Counted from the first letter of the whole stretch, positions 37,670 through 52,400 are shown. The stretch: 63,128 nt of DNA, filler included, from Sphacelaria rigidula (GCA_964200075.2; 6 parts of 6 records of this genome joined end to end with filler, not necessarily neighbours in it), one strand, 5' to 3'. A program made the numbers and translations. Notes: a model not told the origin generated them from the sequence alone.

Positions 37670-40600
37670 TACGGAGTGCCATAATACAGGGCCATGATGA
37701 GAGGGACAACCATGTTATCTATGGACAGGACTCCCCACACGGGAGTTTTGAGTTCTGTACACAGAGGGGTTATGATCTACAAACCACCTGACCAGATTTT
37801 ACACCGCTGAGTTATCTTCTATAACTTACTCGCGCAGAATGTGTACCCATTGTTACGCCGGGGGAAAAAATCTTTTTTTAATAGGGAAGTAGACACCTCC
37901 GCGAGAACGGTGAATGGTGGCAACATGTATCCCAAATTTGCCCCGAAGTTCCGCACACCCTGTACATGCAGCTGCGGACCTGAAAGCATCGCCCAGGTGG
38001 AAGGTGTGGGCTCGAAGACCATCGAAGTGAGTTGATATATAGACAAGCAGTTCTTCTTGCAAGTTGCACCGATAACTGTGCTGTCTGCAATAAGTGTTTG
38101 CAGCATTCGTGCGGCTTAGGGCGAAGCCCCCCCCCCCCCGTCAAACCTGACCTCCGGTATCATGGCAGAGCACCGCGCTCGCATAACGTTACCGGCAGAG
38201 ACACGGAGGATGGTGTCACCATCTAGAGAGATCAATCTTTTCACAGGGAGAGGCTGTGCTGAAATCCATCCATGCCGCAGATGAAACGAAGTGACCGAAG
38301 TCTGAAAAAGTTTAATCTCATTCTTCGCGCCAGTACATGGGCCATCTGGACTGCCGTGTACTGTACAAACAGCACATACCACCTCGGTACAGGACAGGAC
38401 AGGACAGTATATATCAACAGCTTTGTGCTGAAGTGCGTCCACAGCAAGAATAAAACGCCATGTATAGTAGGAGTGTGTATATGTCAGTGTGATGACGTAT
38501 CTACATCAGTTCCTGCAAACAGAGGGGTCGCAGTAAATCGAGGAGTCGCGTTGTACACATCCGAACATGCAACTCGCTCTTGTTGTCTCGAGCAGGAGAA
38601 GGAGTGCAAGTTAGGAATCTGACACCAGGAATCAACAACGTTGGGCGTGGATCGAGATTTCCCGAGTTGTCAGGGGCGTAGATTTAGTCATTTCACTGGT
38701 ACTTCAGTATCACGATCGCGCGCGGTGACCGCTACACACGTCAGAGAACATATACCTCCGTCGCCATAGGCCGCGACGACATAAGAACGGCAGAGTAGAT
38801 GACACGCTCGATCAAAAGTGTCTGTGTTCAACCCCCCACCCGACCATCCTCTTGGACATACACTCATGATATGCAGCGTCCGGGCGCCTGCTGAGACGCC
38901 GTCCGGGGCGGTCCGAGCGTCACGTACGATACCAAAACCGGTCCCGAGGTAACAATATCTTCAGCTCACTATTGCAGTAAACCTGCGAACCATCAAAGGT
39001 GATGATCGCACGCTCCTCACTGCTTTACTTCAGGTGATGACTGAGGCTTTCGAACCAAACGCAGGACGACTGCATGCGTGGATAATATAAATCCACATAT
39101 AGGTGTGCACAAGAACCCCTGGCTCCGTTTCTCGAAACGTGAAATATGGAGAAAAACTGAGTTCTTGCACACACACGCGTTGTTGCATGTCATCCGGGCA
39201 GGTAGTGAAACACCTTCGTATCTTCGGCTGTTATCCTGCCCGGCACATGCCACAAACGTGTGGTTGAGAGAAGTTCTTAGCCGACACACGTCCTACGTGC
39301 AGTGCCGATGGTAAATATGAGGGCAATCGCCGGGGGCCACGCCGGCGACGGAGACGCAGTGCGAGAGGAGCCGAGTCCCCAGTCCTATGAGAAACACAGG
39401 GCAGTTGCACCATTCTGTGACTCTGGGGCGCCAGGCGCGGTCGTCGATGGTGCACCCGTACGAACCGAAAGGGTGGTGTTGTCTCTAGTACCTGGGCGTC
39501 AGAGGTGAACACACGGCAGCTATCGGTATCTGTTCTAATGGAGGTGAGAGTTGTATTCGACACCCATCTGTGGGGAGGTGATGACAGGGCGGGGGAGAGG
39601 GGGCGAGCACAGATAGTGCCGTCGCCTCGGCCTCAGGCAATGCACATCCTGACCCTGACTATGTAGGCAGGAAATTACAGCCGTGGGACACCGATGTCCC
39701 AATTTCAAGTTCATGACCACCCTGAGTACTCCAAAACAGGCAGAAAAAAACCAAGAATATACCCCTGGTGCATGTTCATGTTACGCTCATCTTACCCCGT
39801 TGCCCGCTTGATATGTGCCCGCTGGGTTGCCTGCTCAGGTTTAGGGCACTCGATCAAATAGCCTTGTCGTGCAATGGATGATATCTGCCTGCCCCGATGC
39901 AGAACAGCTGGATCCGTAGTACGTGGCGCAGGGTCATGCCGTCGAATATGCCGTGGAGGCGCATAGGGAACCTCCTCAGGCCGTCACGGAGGGTGGATAC
40001 CCGGCAGTCAAAGCCTATCACGCGGAGAAGGTGCGCTCTGAACGAACGGACGCCGAGACAGAGCTGGTTGTGCTGACACACGACGACTCTAACACTGTGG
40101 GCATCATCAAGGCGCACGAGCAACAAGGGCGAACGGACAAGCTAAAAAATGCGGCACGAAGTTCAAGCCAATATCCACGAAGCCTTTTCTCCGCGGGCCA
40201 CACTTTCAGAGTCTGCTTCGCGAGAGCAGCAAACATGTCTGCTATTACCCGGCCGCCGGTGCGTTCAACCGGATACTACTCGGGATCAATGAAGGACCGT
40301 TCGTCGTCACACGGGGCCAGCATGCCGACTGTTCTCAGTGGCTTCACGCCAACGGCTGCGGCAGGAGGAGGAGAGCACGTTGGACGACAGCGGGGAGGGA
40401 GAGTGGCGACGACAGCGGCCGCCAGGTGCGAGTCTGTGGGGATACGCCGCCCGGCGTGGGCGCAGTCAGTGAGGGGAAAGAAGGGCCTGTCAAGAGACTA
40501 GAAGCCGCAGCGCTGAGACGTGGGGGATCGTTGGAAGGACATACTGCCGATGCGAACGTGGTGGGTGATAGGGTGCGAAGACCCGCTTGGCAGTTTGCGG

Positions 40601-42053
40601 CGGCGGCGGTACCAGGCGAACAAAGGGGCGAGAGAGCGGTGGTGGTGATGGCAGACACGAGGCGAGCGCGCCGGTGTCGTTCTCAGCGGTTTGGAGGGTG
40701 CGACCCCGCGGTGGAATGCAGCATCGATGATGGGCGAGTTACCATGGGGGGTAGCGGGGGAGGAAACAGCTGTGGCAACTTCACGGGCGAGGGTTGTTGG
40801 CGGCGGGCTCGCGGTTGCGGCCAGCCAGTGGAACCCACCGGCTGCATCAAGCGGATGGGGGGAGGGGGAAGCAGCGATGCCGCCGCCGCCGGCAACTGCG
40901 GCTTGAGGACGCTTCAACGGCGGACGTATGGCAGGGGCGGCCCCGCGGCCTTATCTTGCGGCGGTGACGGGCCAGCGATCAAGCGGGGCGGTGCCAGTGT
41001 CGATGACGGCGCCGAACACTAGTCTTCGCACCAGCGCAGGGGTTATGGCGATCCTGCGATCATATCTTGCCGCGTTGACAGGCTGCGAGAAGGGGAGGGA
41101 AGTGGCGGCAGGAGAATCACATGCGCCAAGTGAGGCGTTCCCCGACCCTTCTACTCGTGCTTCGCAACGTAACCTGCTGTGGTGGCGTCATGACAGTGGG
41201 TCTGATAGATTCATAGTGCATCTGGACCCGGCATAGGTGAGGGAGAGATGTCCACAGTCCACTTTATCATACACTCCGGCTGGTTGTTCAGGAAATCCGT
41301 GAAGAAGTAGCCCGTAACGCGACTCCAAGCGCGGACGAGCGCTCTGGAGGCCCAAAGACGGAGGCACCGCGGACAAGAAAGGAGAAGCAGGTCGGACTAG
41401 AGGATCGCGCCCTCTCAAACGGAGATAACCGTGAACAGAGCCGAGTCACCGAACCACCGGAGACCCTGGACCACACTGCGTGCCGAGCGCGGACGGTTCC
41501 AAGCTTGACCAAGAAGCGAAGGAACAACGGTGAAGGAAACGGCAAAGGCAGTGGAGGGACCACCCAAGGGTGCGGGATGCATGCCAACCAAGGACAACCT
41601 CGCATAAAGCCAGCAAATATCCAAGTCGCCGTTCTCCACGAAGGATATCAAAACGCAAAAGGCGGCGGAAGTCGGGACGAGTCCGGAGGGTCCAGGTCCA
41701 CCACGATGCTTCCGTGACATCCAATGGAAATATTCGTTTTCTCGTATTTAGCACGCTAGGTGTGACCAGTGCACAGGTCCGACCCCCACCCGACCCCCAC
41801 ACTGCCTGAGCAAAGCTTGCGAACGCTCGAGGCTCCTACCTCCCGTGGCTGCCACGAGGCAGTCTGGCCGAGCCTCCGGGTGATCGGCACACGGACCCGC
41901 TTGCGGGGTAAGTGTTGGGTCAGGTTTCCTCCTTCCGTCAAGGAAACACAGACACACACATACAGACACACACATACGAGCTGGGCCAGCCTAGAGGCTG
42001 CACGAACGTTTGCAGGCGGATGCGCCGGCCAATATTTGGGGTTAGACCCTGAA

Positions 42054-42153
42054 NNNNNNNNNNNNNNNNNNNNNNNNNNNNNNNNNNNNNNNNNNNNTTA
42101 ATTAATTAANNNNNNNNNNNNNNNNNNNNNNNNNNNNNNNNNNNNNNNNNNNN
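42054..42153. other. Artificial 100-bp contig linker
   Basis: N-run containing TTAATTAATTAA. Confidence 0.98.
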
Positions 42154-45100
42154 GGGGGGGGGGACAGGGAATTTCATGAGCCCCCTAAGTGTAAGGTTAT
42201 CATCCAACGTGTTTATGTCGCAATGGTATTCAGAATGAGCATACCGTATACATGCGATTACGACTGGGTATTTTTGATCGAAGCGATTGCTTGAGCCATA
42301 CCGGAGTCAAGCAGTTAATGCACCTGCATACATCGTGTCTTCTATCTTCTGCTTTCTCCGTCTCATTTTTTCATGTTTTTCGTTTTTAGCGTTGTTGCAG
42401 TGTTTGTGTCTTGCTTTAACAGTGATCGCGGACAAGAGTTCATGTCCGAACTGTGTGTGTGGTTCTCGAGCAGCTGAGTCCTAACGTGTGTCCATGACCC
42501 TCTTTTCCCCCCGCTTTTTTTCGTTTGATCTTGTACAGACTCCTCAATTAAAGCCGTGCCATGCGGCAGCAGGGGCCGGCCATTCTTCCTCGGTTTTGAA
42601 TTTTTGAAGGATCTGTATGAGGTCTATCCTGGTAAAAATTATCTTCTTCCCTTCCTTTTCTTTTTTTCTTCTCCCTCCCCCCTACTTATTCCTTGTCTGT
42701 TTCGTCTACGTTTTGATATATTATGTTTTGGTTTAGTAAAGATGGAATGGATCAAGCCATGACATTCCCGCGGGCGGGTGTTGTGTATTAGTACAACATT
42801 TGGCAATATTTCCGTTGCTAAGAACAATACCCACTAGACCAGTAGCATCATCATCTGGTATTATCTGAGTTGTATTGATTGGGTGATTAACCTATGGTAA
42901 CTAATCCCCAAACAATGCGTCCGTGATAATTGTCCAAAAAAAGACAGGCGTACCCAAGGTAATTACAGAACGGAAGCACTTCCTGAAGGAACCCCGAGAA
43001 AGAGGGGATGCGAAAAAGAGAGAAAAACAACAGAATAGAGGGAAATGAACAAACATGAGAAAACAGAAAAAGATAAACAATCGCACATACAAAACGAACT
43101 AAATAAATAAGAGGGAGGAAGGGGAAGGAAGTGCGGGGGAGAAATTATGGTAACGCATGAAAAGTGTCAAGGTGTTGGAAAGACTGAGGCAGGGAGAAAC
43201 AGGAGCTGCGTCTGTTGTGTATTATCAATGTTATGTGCTACCGCTTTACCGGTGGGGTGTCGGTGATATCTGCGTATGTATTTGCGTGTACTACGGATGC
43301 ACGTAATGAGTAAGTGCCGCCTATATCCTGCCCAATCATGTGAAGAGGTATCCAGCAGCCTTAGGTGCACGATGACTGTGAGCGCAAATGACATCAGTCT
43401 CGGAGAACAAAACGAGATGAAGAAATCCGAGTCGAAATAATCTGTAAAGAGTCATCTTCCTCGGCGACCGATGGGTACAAACGCGTCTATCGTCTCCCCG
43501 CATTCTGATGTTCATGAAACAATCGAATAAGGGGCATCATAGCCGCACGAACAAGTCTATGAACGTGGGAGAGATATTCCAATCGATGCAGCGTGATCTT
43601 GGACATATTTTACGATTGGGGTAATACGGATGCATGCTAACATCCGCGATGAAAACGTTTGCTCTGGTGACGACCTTCGTTCATGTGCTCATTCGCTCAT
43701 GAAACTTCAACAGGTTTTCGACGACTTTCGGAACAATTTCCTCGTATTCTTTGGCGGGAAAGATGCTCCAAGTTGGAGTCTTTTCAGAGAGTTTCAGCGA
43801 ACGATGGCGCGTGTGGATTGCATGAACAAGGACTTTTTGTCGCTATCGCTGTAATTTGAACAACAAGCGGTCGGTCTCTAGTTGTGCCGAGTTTCTCTTG
43901 ATAGTTCGACATGATGCCGCAGTCTTTCTTTTACTTTTTAGTTTCAAACGTCCATCACACCCCGCGAATGGCTTCAAATTTCGAAAACTTTGAACCATCG
44001 CCCTGTAGTTTTCGCCTCGCTCGAGGCTTTTTGGTGGAAGTGGTTCTTTATGCTGGTGTTGAACATCGACTCAAAAATGACCCAAAAAGTCGGATACACT
44101 ATGTTGGGACCGTCATTTTGAGATATTCGTCCCGAGCGCAACACGTAGTAAAGGACCAGAACACGGACGAATCCCTGGAATGGAAGGCGTGGATTATCGG
44201 GTAGCTGCAATTCTCAACTGCCCCGCAACAACCCTCCCAGCGTCTTCATTGCCACTGGGTGCATCTCATAGCGTGCCTTCTCGGACACGATGGAACTTTT
44301 TCTCGAGAAAAAACACATCACTCCCATTCATCGGCATCATTGTGGTGTATATTCCTAGTAATTACTTCTATATATACTTGCACTGTACCCCTCCGATGTT
44401 CCTCACGCAGTACAGTATGTAGTCAAGTACCTCAACGTACCATGTACATCTTGACTACACGTACATATTATCTTACGTTAACCTTTCCTACGTTCTTTTA
44501 TAGCATACGACGTTGACCACGCGAACACGCAACTCAACGAGATACTTCTCCCTTACATAAAACACACATGTGTGCCGCGACCGGCAGTTGGAAGTCGTGG
44601 CAGCAGCTCCGATATAAGGCAACGTTAGAACGAGCTGGGTGTATTTAGAGTAGACAGCGCTCCACATTCAGCTTTTCAACATCTATTATTTTCCGTGATG
44701 TGAAAATACATCAAAAGAAAATCTAATTCGGATAACATCTTACATTCAACGAAAGTGCAACTAGCATAAATCTAGTCACTCACGTCGAATACCATAAAAA
44801 ATGAGCGATAAATATAAAACGAGCACTGCACTGTAGTAGTTAAGGCGCAGAAAGTATACCCATCCGTTCAGTACTTCCTTGAAACCTCTGAAAACACGAT
44901 TGCATCATCCGAAGCGCAACATCTGGTATCACAACCACCTTCCCCCCCACGGATCCGCATAAGACACAACTTATCAGGTAAGTGACAACTCCAGTTCTGT
45001 AAGACATCATCGAACAGTGTGTTTGCCTGCCCCTTCTTCAACACACCATGCTCTCTGTACCGCTTTTCAACTACGCAAATTTCTTGTTCTTGCTTCAACC

Positions 45101-45594
45101 AACTTATCATTACTTTTTGTTCGCGCCTTGTCACACGTGCTTACACCTTCTATTGCACTCTCTGTGCACCTTAATCCCCCCCCCCCTCCCCCTCCCCCCC
45201 GCCCGTCCTCCCGCCCATTTCCCGGGAACTAGAAGGTAGTCTCGTAGTCTCATGGACTCGCTCACTCCACGTTTCCCCCGAGATATATGCCGGATCGACG
45301 ATTCACGATCGAGCGTCGGATCACCACTCTCGCACCCGCTGATTTTCGTCGAAGTTGTGTCTCGCTCCAGTACACACATCCTTGTGCTCTCCAGTGCCGA
45401 AACCGGATTCCTTACAAAGGACATACATACAGTACGTCTGGATTCGAACACACGTACGCCATCGAGACTGCTCGATTGTTCGTGTACCAGTCCGACGGCC
45501 GGTGCGGAATATCATTATTATAATATTTTGTCCACAAACACGTGTAAATGTATGTAGATATACTTGTTTCTGAGCTGCACTTCGCCCCCCTGTT

Positions 45595-48500
45595 CTAGTA
45601 CATGATGCTAGCCGTGATGCAGTCGGCCACCTTGAAGGTGTCAATATCCTTGAGTCCCAGGTACAGCTGGCGGTAGAACGGCTTCCTCATGCGCCTGTTC
45701 GATTATGGGGCACCGGCGGACCAACGTGGAGAGTAGGAAATTCTGGAACGTGCTTCGGGGGTATAGAGTACCGTCCCCGAACATACCCTGCGTTTCCCGG
45801 GTAGTCGTCGCCCAGGGTATTAAGGGTATCTACCGTACAACTGACTCAGGGTTTCTCGGGTATCGACCGCCGACAATACTGAATACTCTACGGAACCTGC
45901 ATATGTATAGATGAAAACAAATACTGACGATTCTACGGTATTGCTTGAAATTCTGAGATTTGTTCTTTCCCCTCTGTATTTTTCTTGTTGCTTCTTTTTT
46001 TATCAATTTCCGTCACCCGGTGTTGCCGTTCGGTCATCGTGAGATACGTCCGTCTTGAAAATGGTTTTCAATATTCACACTAGCGGGTCAGCGAGTATTC
46101 GACGCTCAATGAATCAATGGAGCAACTGTACGCGTAGCCTGGCCGACTTTCATACACCTGTTAAAACAATACGGTTTCTTCGACAAACGAGAAACGAGAA
46201 AAACATGGAAAAAACAGTCCAGTAAGCGTCCGTGAAGAACTGAATCGGTGTGTTCCAGACGAGTGACCTGCTAACCCAGAGTATGTCCTGCATGTTTCTC
46301 GTAAATTTTCTTCGCTTACTCGCGTCGCAACTACAGGTCGAATATTTGTGACGTCTACAACACGTCTACAACACGTATTGTACATTTTTTTGTTGTTGCA
46401 CTTCGAGGTCCTCCGCTTCCTCGGGATGAGTCCCAAGGGATCAGCTCATCTCTCTCCGGTACACGCCTCGCATTGTGCTCTCGCGGATTGGATCATGGCC
46501 AGCATTTCCACACCGCGTCAACGCACGTAGGAAAAACTCCGTCAACTACTTTTTGTTCACTCACGTGTGCACGCTTTCGACCGTGGAAATCAGGTATCTC
46601 CAAAAAAACAATCCAATGCATTGGGAATCGAATTCACGTTCTTTCCGCCCAATGGTTACAGATGGGCCATCACACCACCAGAGCACGACGGCGCGTATAC
46701 AACAACAAAACATAGACGAGTGCTTCGCATCCAAGGTGATTATCAAGCATAGGTGCGATATACCGATAACACATTGCGCCTATACACAACCCTAGTGTTT
46801 TTTTCGGTTCCAAAACGGGAGAACGAGTGTTGTTGGTCAAAATACCTTCCACGACCGCGGATATAGAAGGGCTGCGGTAGTGCTGTTCGACATGCACGAT
46901 AGCAAGTGCAGGGCGGGTACCGTGAGGAAGATGGATACTTTGATGCCTCAAGACTACGGGTTCGCCCCACAAGAGGGTGGGAAGGAGTGAGGTGAGGTAA
47001 AAGTGAGGCGATAATGAAAAAAAACGAGATGTACAAAAATATCACAGAAGTAGACACGAGAAACATTCGGCCACCGTCTGAAACGGCAAAACAGAATTAG
47101 CCGTTAACCTGCTGAAAGTGCTGTCTGACCCACTTCACGGCGGTATTGAGTTCTTTCTCCTAGTATGTATTGTTATTCACCTCTCTCTCAAATGTTGAGT
47201 TTTGTATCATGTGTGTATTGGTGCTCTTTCTGCACAGAGTAGTGATGCGAACACGATAATATATATACTGTAGTATATACTTCACCACAATATAGTTTCA
47301 AAATCCTGTAAACCATACATCCTCGCCCTCCATTTTTTACTGTTACTTCGTCCGAGGTTCGCGTAAGTCATGCTTCACGTTGATCTTATAACTAGCCCGG
47401 GTCTTGAATGTTGGCGAACTTGGTGAAGCCGTCGGTCGGGGTTGTGAAAAAAGCCTGCCATCACGTGCACAGCATACAGTGTGCCGGACCGCCCGGACAA
47501 ACCTTAAACAAATAGCTATCACACACGTGAGTTTCCTCCTTCATTCTTCTAGTTGACCAGTTCCACATAGATAGATCCGTGGGTCACGATCCGCTTCGGC
47601 ATTCATCCTGGGACATGCCAGCTTGGTCCCGTCCCCCCCCCGCTGTATTCTGCGCTGCACTCAGCTGTGACCTCAATTTCTATCTCGCGCGGGGGTCGGT
47701 CGCTGCTGTTTTATATTCGGCTGTTACTCATCCTATTGCCCAGTCTGAGCTGTACTTTTTTGCACGATTTTTTCCCTTTTTGGTGGGACCACCGGTGTTG
47801 ATCTCTCCCTGTACGTTTCCTCCTCAACGCGGGCGTCATCTATCTCCGCGTATCTGTAGACTAAAGATCAAGGCGTGCATCAACCGTACGTGGTATACGA
47901 CTCTTTGCGGACAGCACCTCTGAAGTGACGCGTCATCGACGGGTTTTGGTATCATACCAGTACGTATAGTACTGATAGGGGAATGTCATGAATTATTACC
48001 TACCTCCTCTCCTTAGTACCACCCGCGGAGGTTGAGTCTTCAGGCACCAAACCCTCACCACCTATGGGATCCAACACATAACTACTCTGCGGTAGGTGTC
48101 CATGTGCATGTATTCATATATTAAACAAACAAAGAGCACGCCAAAGTACGGTAAAGCTTGCCTCGTGGAGTATCGCAACGCCAATTACGACTGTCGTCGT
48201 ATCGGTTGCGTGTTCACGTCTTGGCTTTATGTACGTACGCGTGTAGTACTTGTGACGAAATTACACCGTTACGTTGAGTTGGTAGTGATGATCTGGATAA
48301 TGACCGGGGGCACGGGGATTCTGGAGGATTCTGGAGGTTTCTTCTGGCTGGCGTCACACACTATCCTGTATATTTTAAGCGAATGCTTATATATGTATAC
48401 ATATGTGCATGAGGAGCTCACCAGATCTTGTTGTTCCAGATCGGGTTGAGAGTGGGCTCCGACCACATGTAACGCCATGCGACGCTCTCGTGATGGTCGA

Positions 48501-51500
48501 CCCTGAATGAAAGGCCGGATCGAGTAGTGCAACGGTACAGCACTATGAGTGAGACTGGTGAGCATATTTGGAACAAGCTCACGTACCTATCAGTAGGATA
48601 CTTCATGGAAAACTTCGATATTCTACGATACGCAATGATACATTTGAAAATATGGTGAATTATTCGAGGACCATAGATAGAACTCTTTGTAGCAAATGGC
48701 ACACGTACGCGCTCCTAGTCTAAATACTTCAAAAAATCACCTACAAGCTGGTCCGGCCAAGAGAGTGGAGATTCGCCAATACCGCCGCGAGGAGGTCATT
48801 TCTACGACTTGAGACGCTGAACTTTCGCCACATGAGTCGCAGGGAACTCGACAATATATTCACCACCACCCCGAACTTTTCTTTATTCGCCAGGCTTCGA
48901 CCATTTCAATGTTTCCCATCAGTGGGTACAGAAGAAGACGTGAACGACCCAAAAACTGCAAGTTTGGGGATGACGGGAAATACGTCGACGGGTTTCTTGC
49001 AAAATAAAATGTCGAAATTTCGCGTCCTAACTCGTGGAAATAGGATCCGCGTGGCCGGATTTCGAAACTGCCTCGGTCGTGAGGTGGGAAAATCTTTTAG
49101 TGGTCCAAGTAGTATCGAAGCCCTCCAGGGTGGAGGGCGGAGGGTTCGATTTACGGCAGACACAAGCGTTATTGTTTTTCCAAGATGTGCTTGCTTTTCG
49201 TGCCTCAAGCGACGAGGACGTGGTCTACGTTTTGCGTCTATATCGAACAAATGCACCCATGGCTTGACTTGGAGATGAACCGCAGTTCAAGCCAAGTTAT
49301 GACCATCTGGCACAGTATGAGTATCTCGACCGACCCAGCTTGTACGCACAATTGTACGTATACTGTAAAAGAGTATACCTAATACTACGCCGTACTGTGT
49401 CGCCATAATAAGGCAATGCAAAATGCACGTTGCACAGTCCAATGCCGCGAGTCAACTTGAAGATAAGTATATACTGCGTATCATGTTGTGCACAACACGA
49501 CATCGTGCAGCACCGACTTAATCTCTTCCACTCGACAGCAGCACCGCACCGCACCCGAAAAGCACCCGTGCATGATAGACAACCCGCATCGGCCCCTATC
49601 CACTCCATGTCCCCCTTACTCCGCCCTTTCTTGAGCGACAGGGCGGCGGATGGGAAACTCAATCAATCCCATGCAAAGAACGTCCTCTACAAGTCGTGAT
49701 GGTACAAGCCGGTCTCTATCTTTTGAGATCTACTGTATTTACTTGTTGCCGGCGGCGGGCGAGGAGGCCCGTTCCCGTACTGGAGACCCAGCCTGCTCCC
49801 GTTCGTTCTACCGATTAGAGGCCTTGTAACTGTCTTAACCAGCTGTTCTGACCGCGGCTTCTCTATCAACTACATTAGAGTCCGCAATATTCTACGCACG
49901 TCCTCCGACCGACAAGTCTTCTCTACTCGTTTTTTTCATTTCCTAGAATTTTGCACCCAGGAACGAGATAAAAGTAAAGTATACATGCAAACACCTGAAA
50001 CCCTCGCGATGTGTGCGCACTGCGCCGCGTTTACCCTAAATCACACCAACGCAGTATTCTCTCGGCTCCGACGGTCGCACCATTGCTACTCCCCGAAGGA
50101 GTAACCAAATATCATTCTATTGGGTAAGCCCGGTTGACTCACGCCTTCTTTTTTTGAACGACTAGACGCAATATTCGATACTGCACGCAGTATGTAGTAC
50201 TTTTTTGCCGATGTTGCCATTTGCCCGTGGTATAAACGAAACGCGACTACGCTTTCAAATGACCCATGGCGAAACCACAGTAGAGAGAGGCAAAAGAAGG
50301 GGGAAAGGGGGAAATCAGAGAAAATGATGGAATGAAACGATAGAAAACGAGCGACCGGGGGAAAAGAAAAAGTTCTCACCATTTCCCGGGCGGGCCGAAA
50401 GCGTCAAAGCTGAAGTACTTTCCGTACATGACCCTATGCACCAGCACGTGGTCCGTGGTGTGCATGATACAGGACAGGAAGATGCCCTCGTGTAGATCGG
50501 GCGGAATATCGTTCTTCTTCATCACCCTGAGCCAAGCAGAAAACATCAGGGTCAGGGGGAGCTGTGGACGGGCGGGACAGCGATTTGAGGACCGAATACA
50601 ATACTCATGTCTCAGAGTCTGTGGCCTTGGATGATGACAAAAATAGAAGACATTTTCCCCTCCGTTTCGACAGTTTCGACGGCCAAGTTGATATTCATCT
50701 GTGTAGGCAACGGCCAGTTTGAAGTCCTCGGCGTAGGTCTAGCTGCCCAACGCAACGAATATACTGTCCAGAATGTAAGGATGCGGGGCATTATAAGCCT
50801 TCGCTGATTGATCGGCTGAGTATGGTATAGCACCTTCTTGGTGCAATTCAGTAAAATAATATTGTTTTTATCCCTCATCCCCTAGAGAAACTTCACTGGA
50901 GGTGTGGAGAGTAGAAATATGTGTGTGACGGGATGCTCGCGCGGGGGGGTACTCATTTGTTGCTTGCCTTTGTCGTTTGACCATTGACCACCCCTTTTGA
51001 GACGGACCTCGGGGGGTGGTCAAGGACACTTACCCCTGACATGCTTCTTAAGATACAGTGCACGGCGCGAAAGCAGAGACAAGTGACAAAAATATGACAA
51101 ATTGGAGGGAACCTTGGAATATCATGCAACCTCCATCTGGGATATTATATCCGCCGCGTATGTTCGTCTGAGATACCATCTTCATCTGGGAGGTCCATCT
51201 CGGATATGGATATGCGTCTGGCCGCCGCGCCCGGGTAGTCTAATAGTACAACGGACACCGTCAGGGCAGGAAAAATGCGAACTCGCTTCTTGTCAGATTC
51301 GTCTGGCTTGACCTTTCCCGCAGAAGGATCTGATATCCGTGGTTGAAAATATAAGGGCGCACATAAGTAGCAAAAGTAGCCTGTTTGGCTGAGTTGGTTA
51401 GACGATAGTCGACGCGGTCCGAGAGTGGTGATGGTCATGATTCAAGCCGCAATACTAACGTGTAAAGCGTGTACACACCGGGGGAGAGATGGTTTGATGA

Positions 51501-52160
51501 ACCCTTGACACCACGGACTCGTGCCGAGGCAAGGCAGGAGTTAGAATGGAGAAACAAAAACGAATCTGGGATGCCTATCCGGGATATGGATCTCCATCTG
51601 GAAGGTTCGGCGGCGATATCAGACCCATCTGTGATACTCATCAGGAATATGTATACCCAGCTGGAATATGGAAAATCAGCTCGGATATGGGTATCCATAT
51701 AGTCTCCCTTTTGGGCAGTCAGGCCGAAGAAATCGTGAATTTGGCGATTTTGAGTCGTGATAATTTGTCCTAACCGTGGAATGTTCATCTGGGATGTCCA
51801 TGTGAGATCTTCACCTGCGATATCTATCTGGGATCTGGGATGCCTGTGTGGGATGTCCATCTGTGATGTCGATCTGGGATGTCGCATCCATCTTGGATAT
51901 CCAACTGGGATACGGATGTCCATCTGGGATGTGGATTCAATATGGGGTATTGGTTCATCTTAACGTGGACTATCCCAAGTGGATACTCCAGACGTACGTG
52001 AGTATCCTAGGTTGATGCCCCAGATGGATGTCTTAGATGGGTATCCTAGATGAATGTCGTACGTGGACGATCTCCCACGGATATCCCTGATAGGCATCGC
52101 AACTAGATGTTCATGTCCCGGATGGACGTTGCTACGGTTACTCTCACAACTTACACCACC

Positions 52161-52213
<53 letters not shown>

Positions 52214-52400
52214 GTATTCCTTGCACCTGGTGAGAACCAAACGGGCGTTGAGCATGAAGTCAGCGAAGGGCAGTTCCAGCTCGGCCCAGTGAGTCTTGTC
52301 TCCGTGCATAGGACCCAGGTAGGACATGTTCTCGCCCTCGGCCATGAGAGAGTCGCGAGTAGGAACGGTTCCGAGAGCCATCCACTTTCGCTCCGGGGTC
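45595..52400 (-). CDS. 3' four exons of an uncharacterised protein, possibly a divergent lipoxygenase-like metalloprotein
   Basis: Exons 52400-52227, 50526-50380, 48502-48422 and 45694-45595 are all GT..AG and all phase 2. They give TPERKWMALGTVPTRDSLMAEGENMSYLGPMHGDKTHWAELELPFADFMLNARLVLTRVMKKNDIPPDLHEGIFLSCIMHTTDHVLVHRVMYGKYFSFDAFGPPGKWVDHHESVAWRYMWSEPTLNPIWNNKIWRMRKPFYRQLYLGLKDIDTFKVADCITASIMY*. The gene structure is well supported; the function is speculative. Confidence 0.8.
51121..52138. mobile_element. Intronic TIR element with ~13-bp GGATRTCCATCTG subterminal arrays
   Basis: Degenerate TIRs GCAACCTCCATCTGGG and CCCGGATGGACGTTGC. The arrays invert orientation near 51960. Confidence 0.6.
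52153..52210. repeat. Compound (ACC)n(ACT)n microsatellite
   Basis: Seen directly, about 16 nt into the intron after exon 52400-52227. Confidence 0.95.

Noticed and set aside
37930..38030. IAQVEGVGSKTIE, resembling a helix-hairpin-helix motif before a GTGAGT
   Set aside because: Too short, with no clear acceptor or partner exons.
39923..41975. Several 100-200 aa ORFs in GC-rich sequence ending in a CA-rich tail
   Set aside because: Low-complexity translations with no motif. Possibly a retroposon end, but not supportable.
43400..44210. Stop-riddled minus-strand frame faintly like a Tc1 transposase C-terminus; also checked for Fanzor/TnpB RuvC motifs
   Set aside because: No catalytic motifs or TIRs were recognisable, and the similarity is too weak.
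52151..52226. Poly-Val/Thr/Ser ORF tails
   Set aside because: Translations of an intronic microsatellite.
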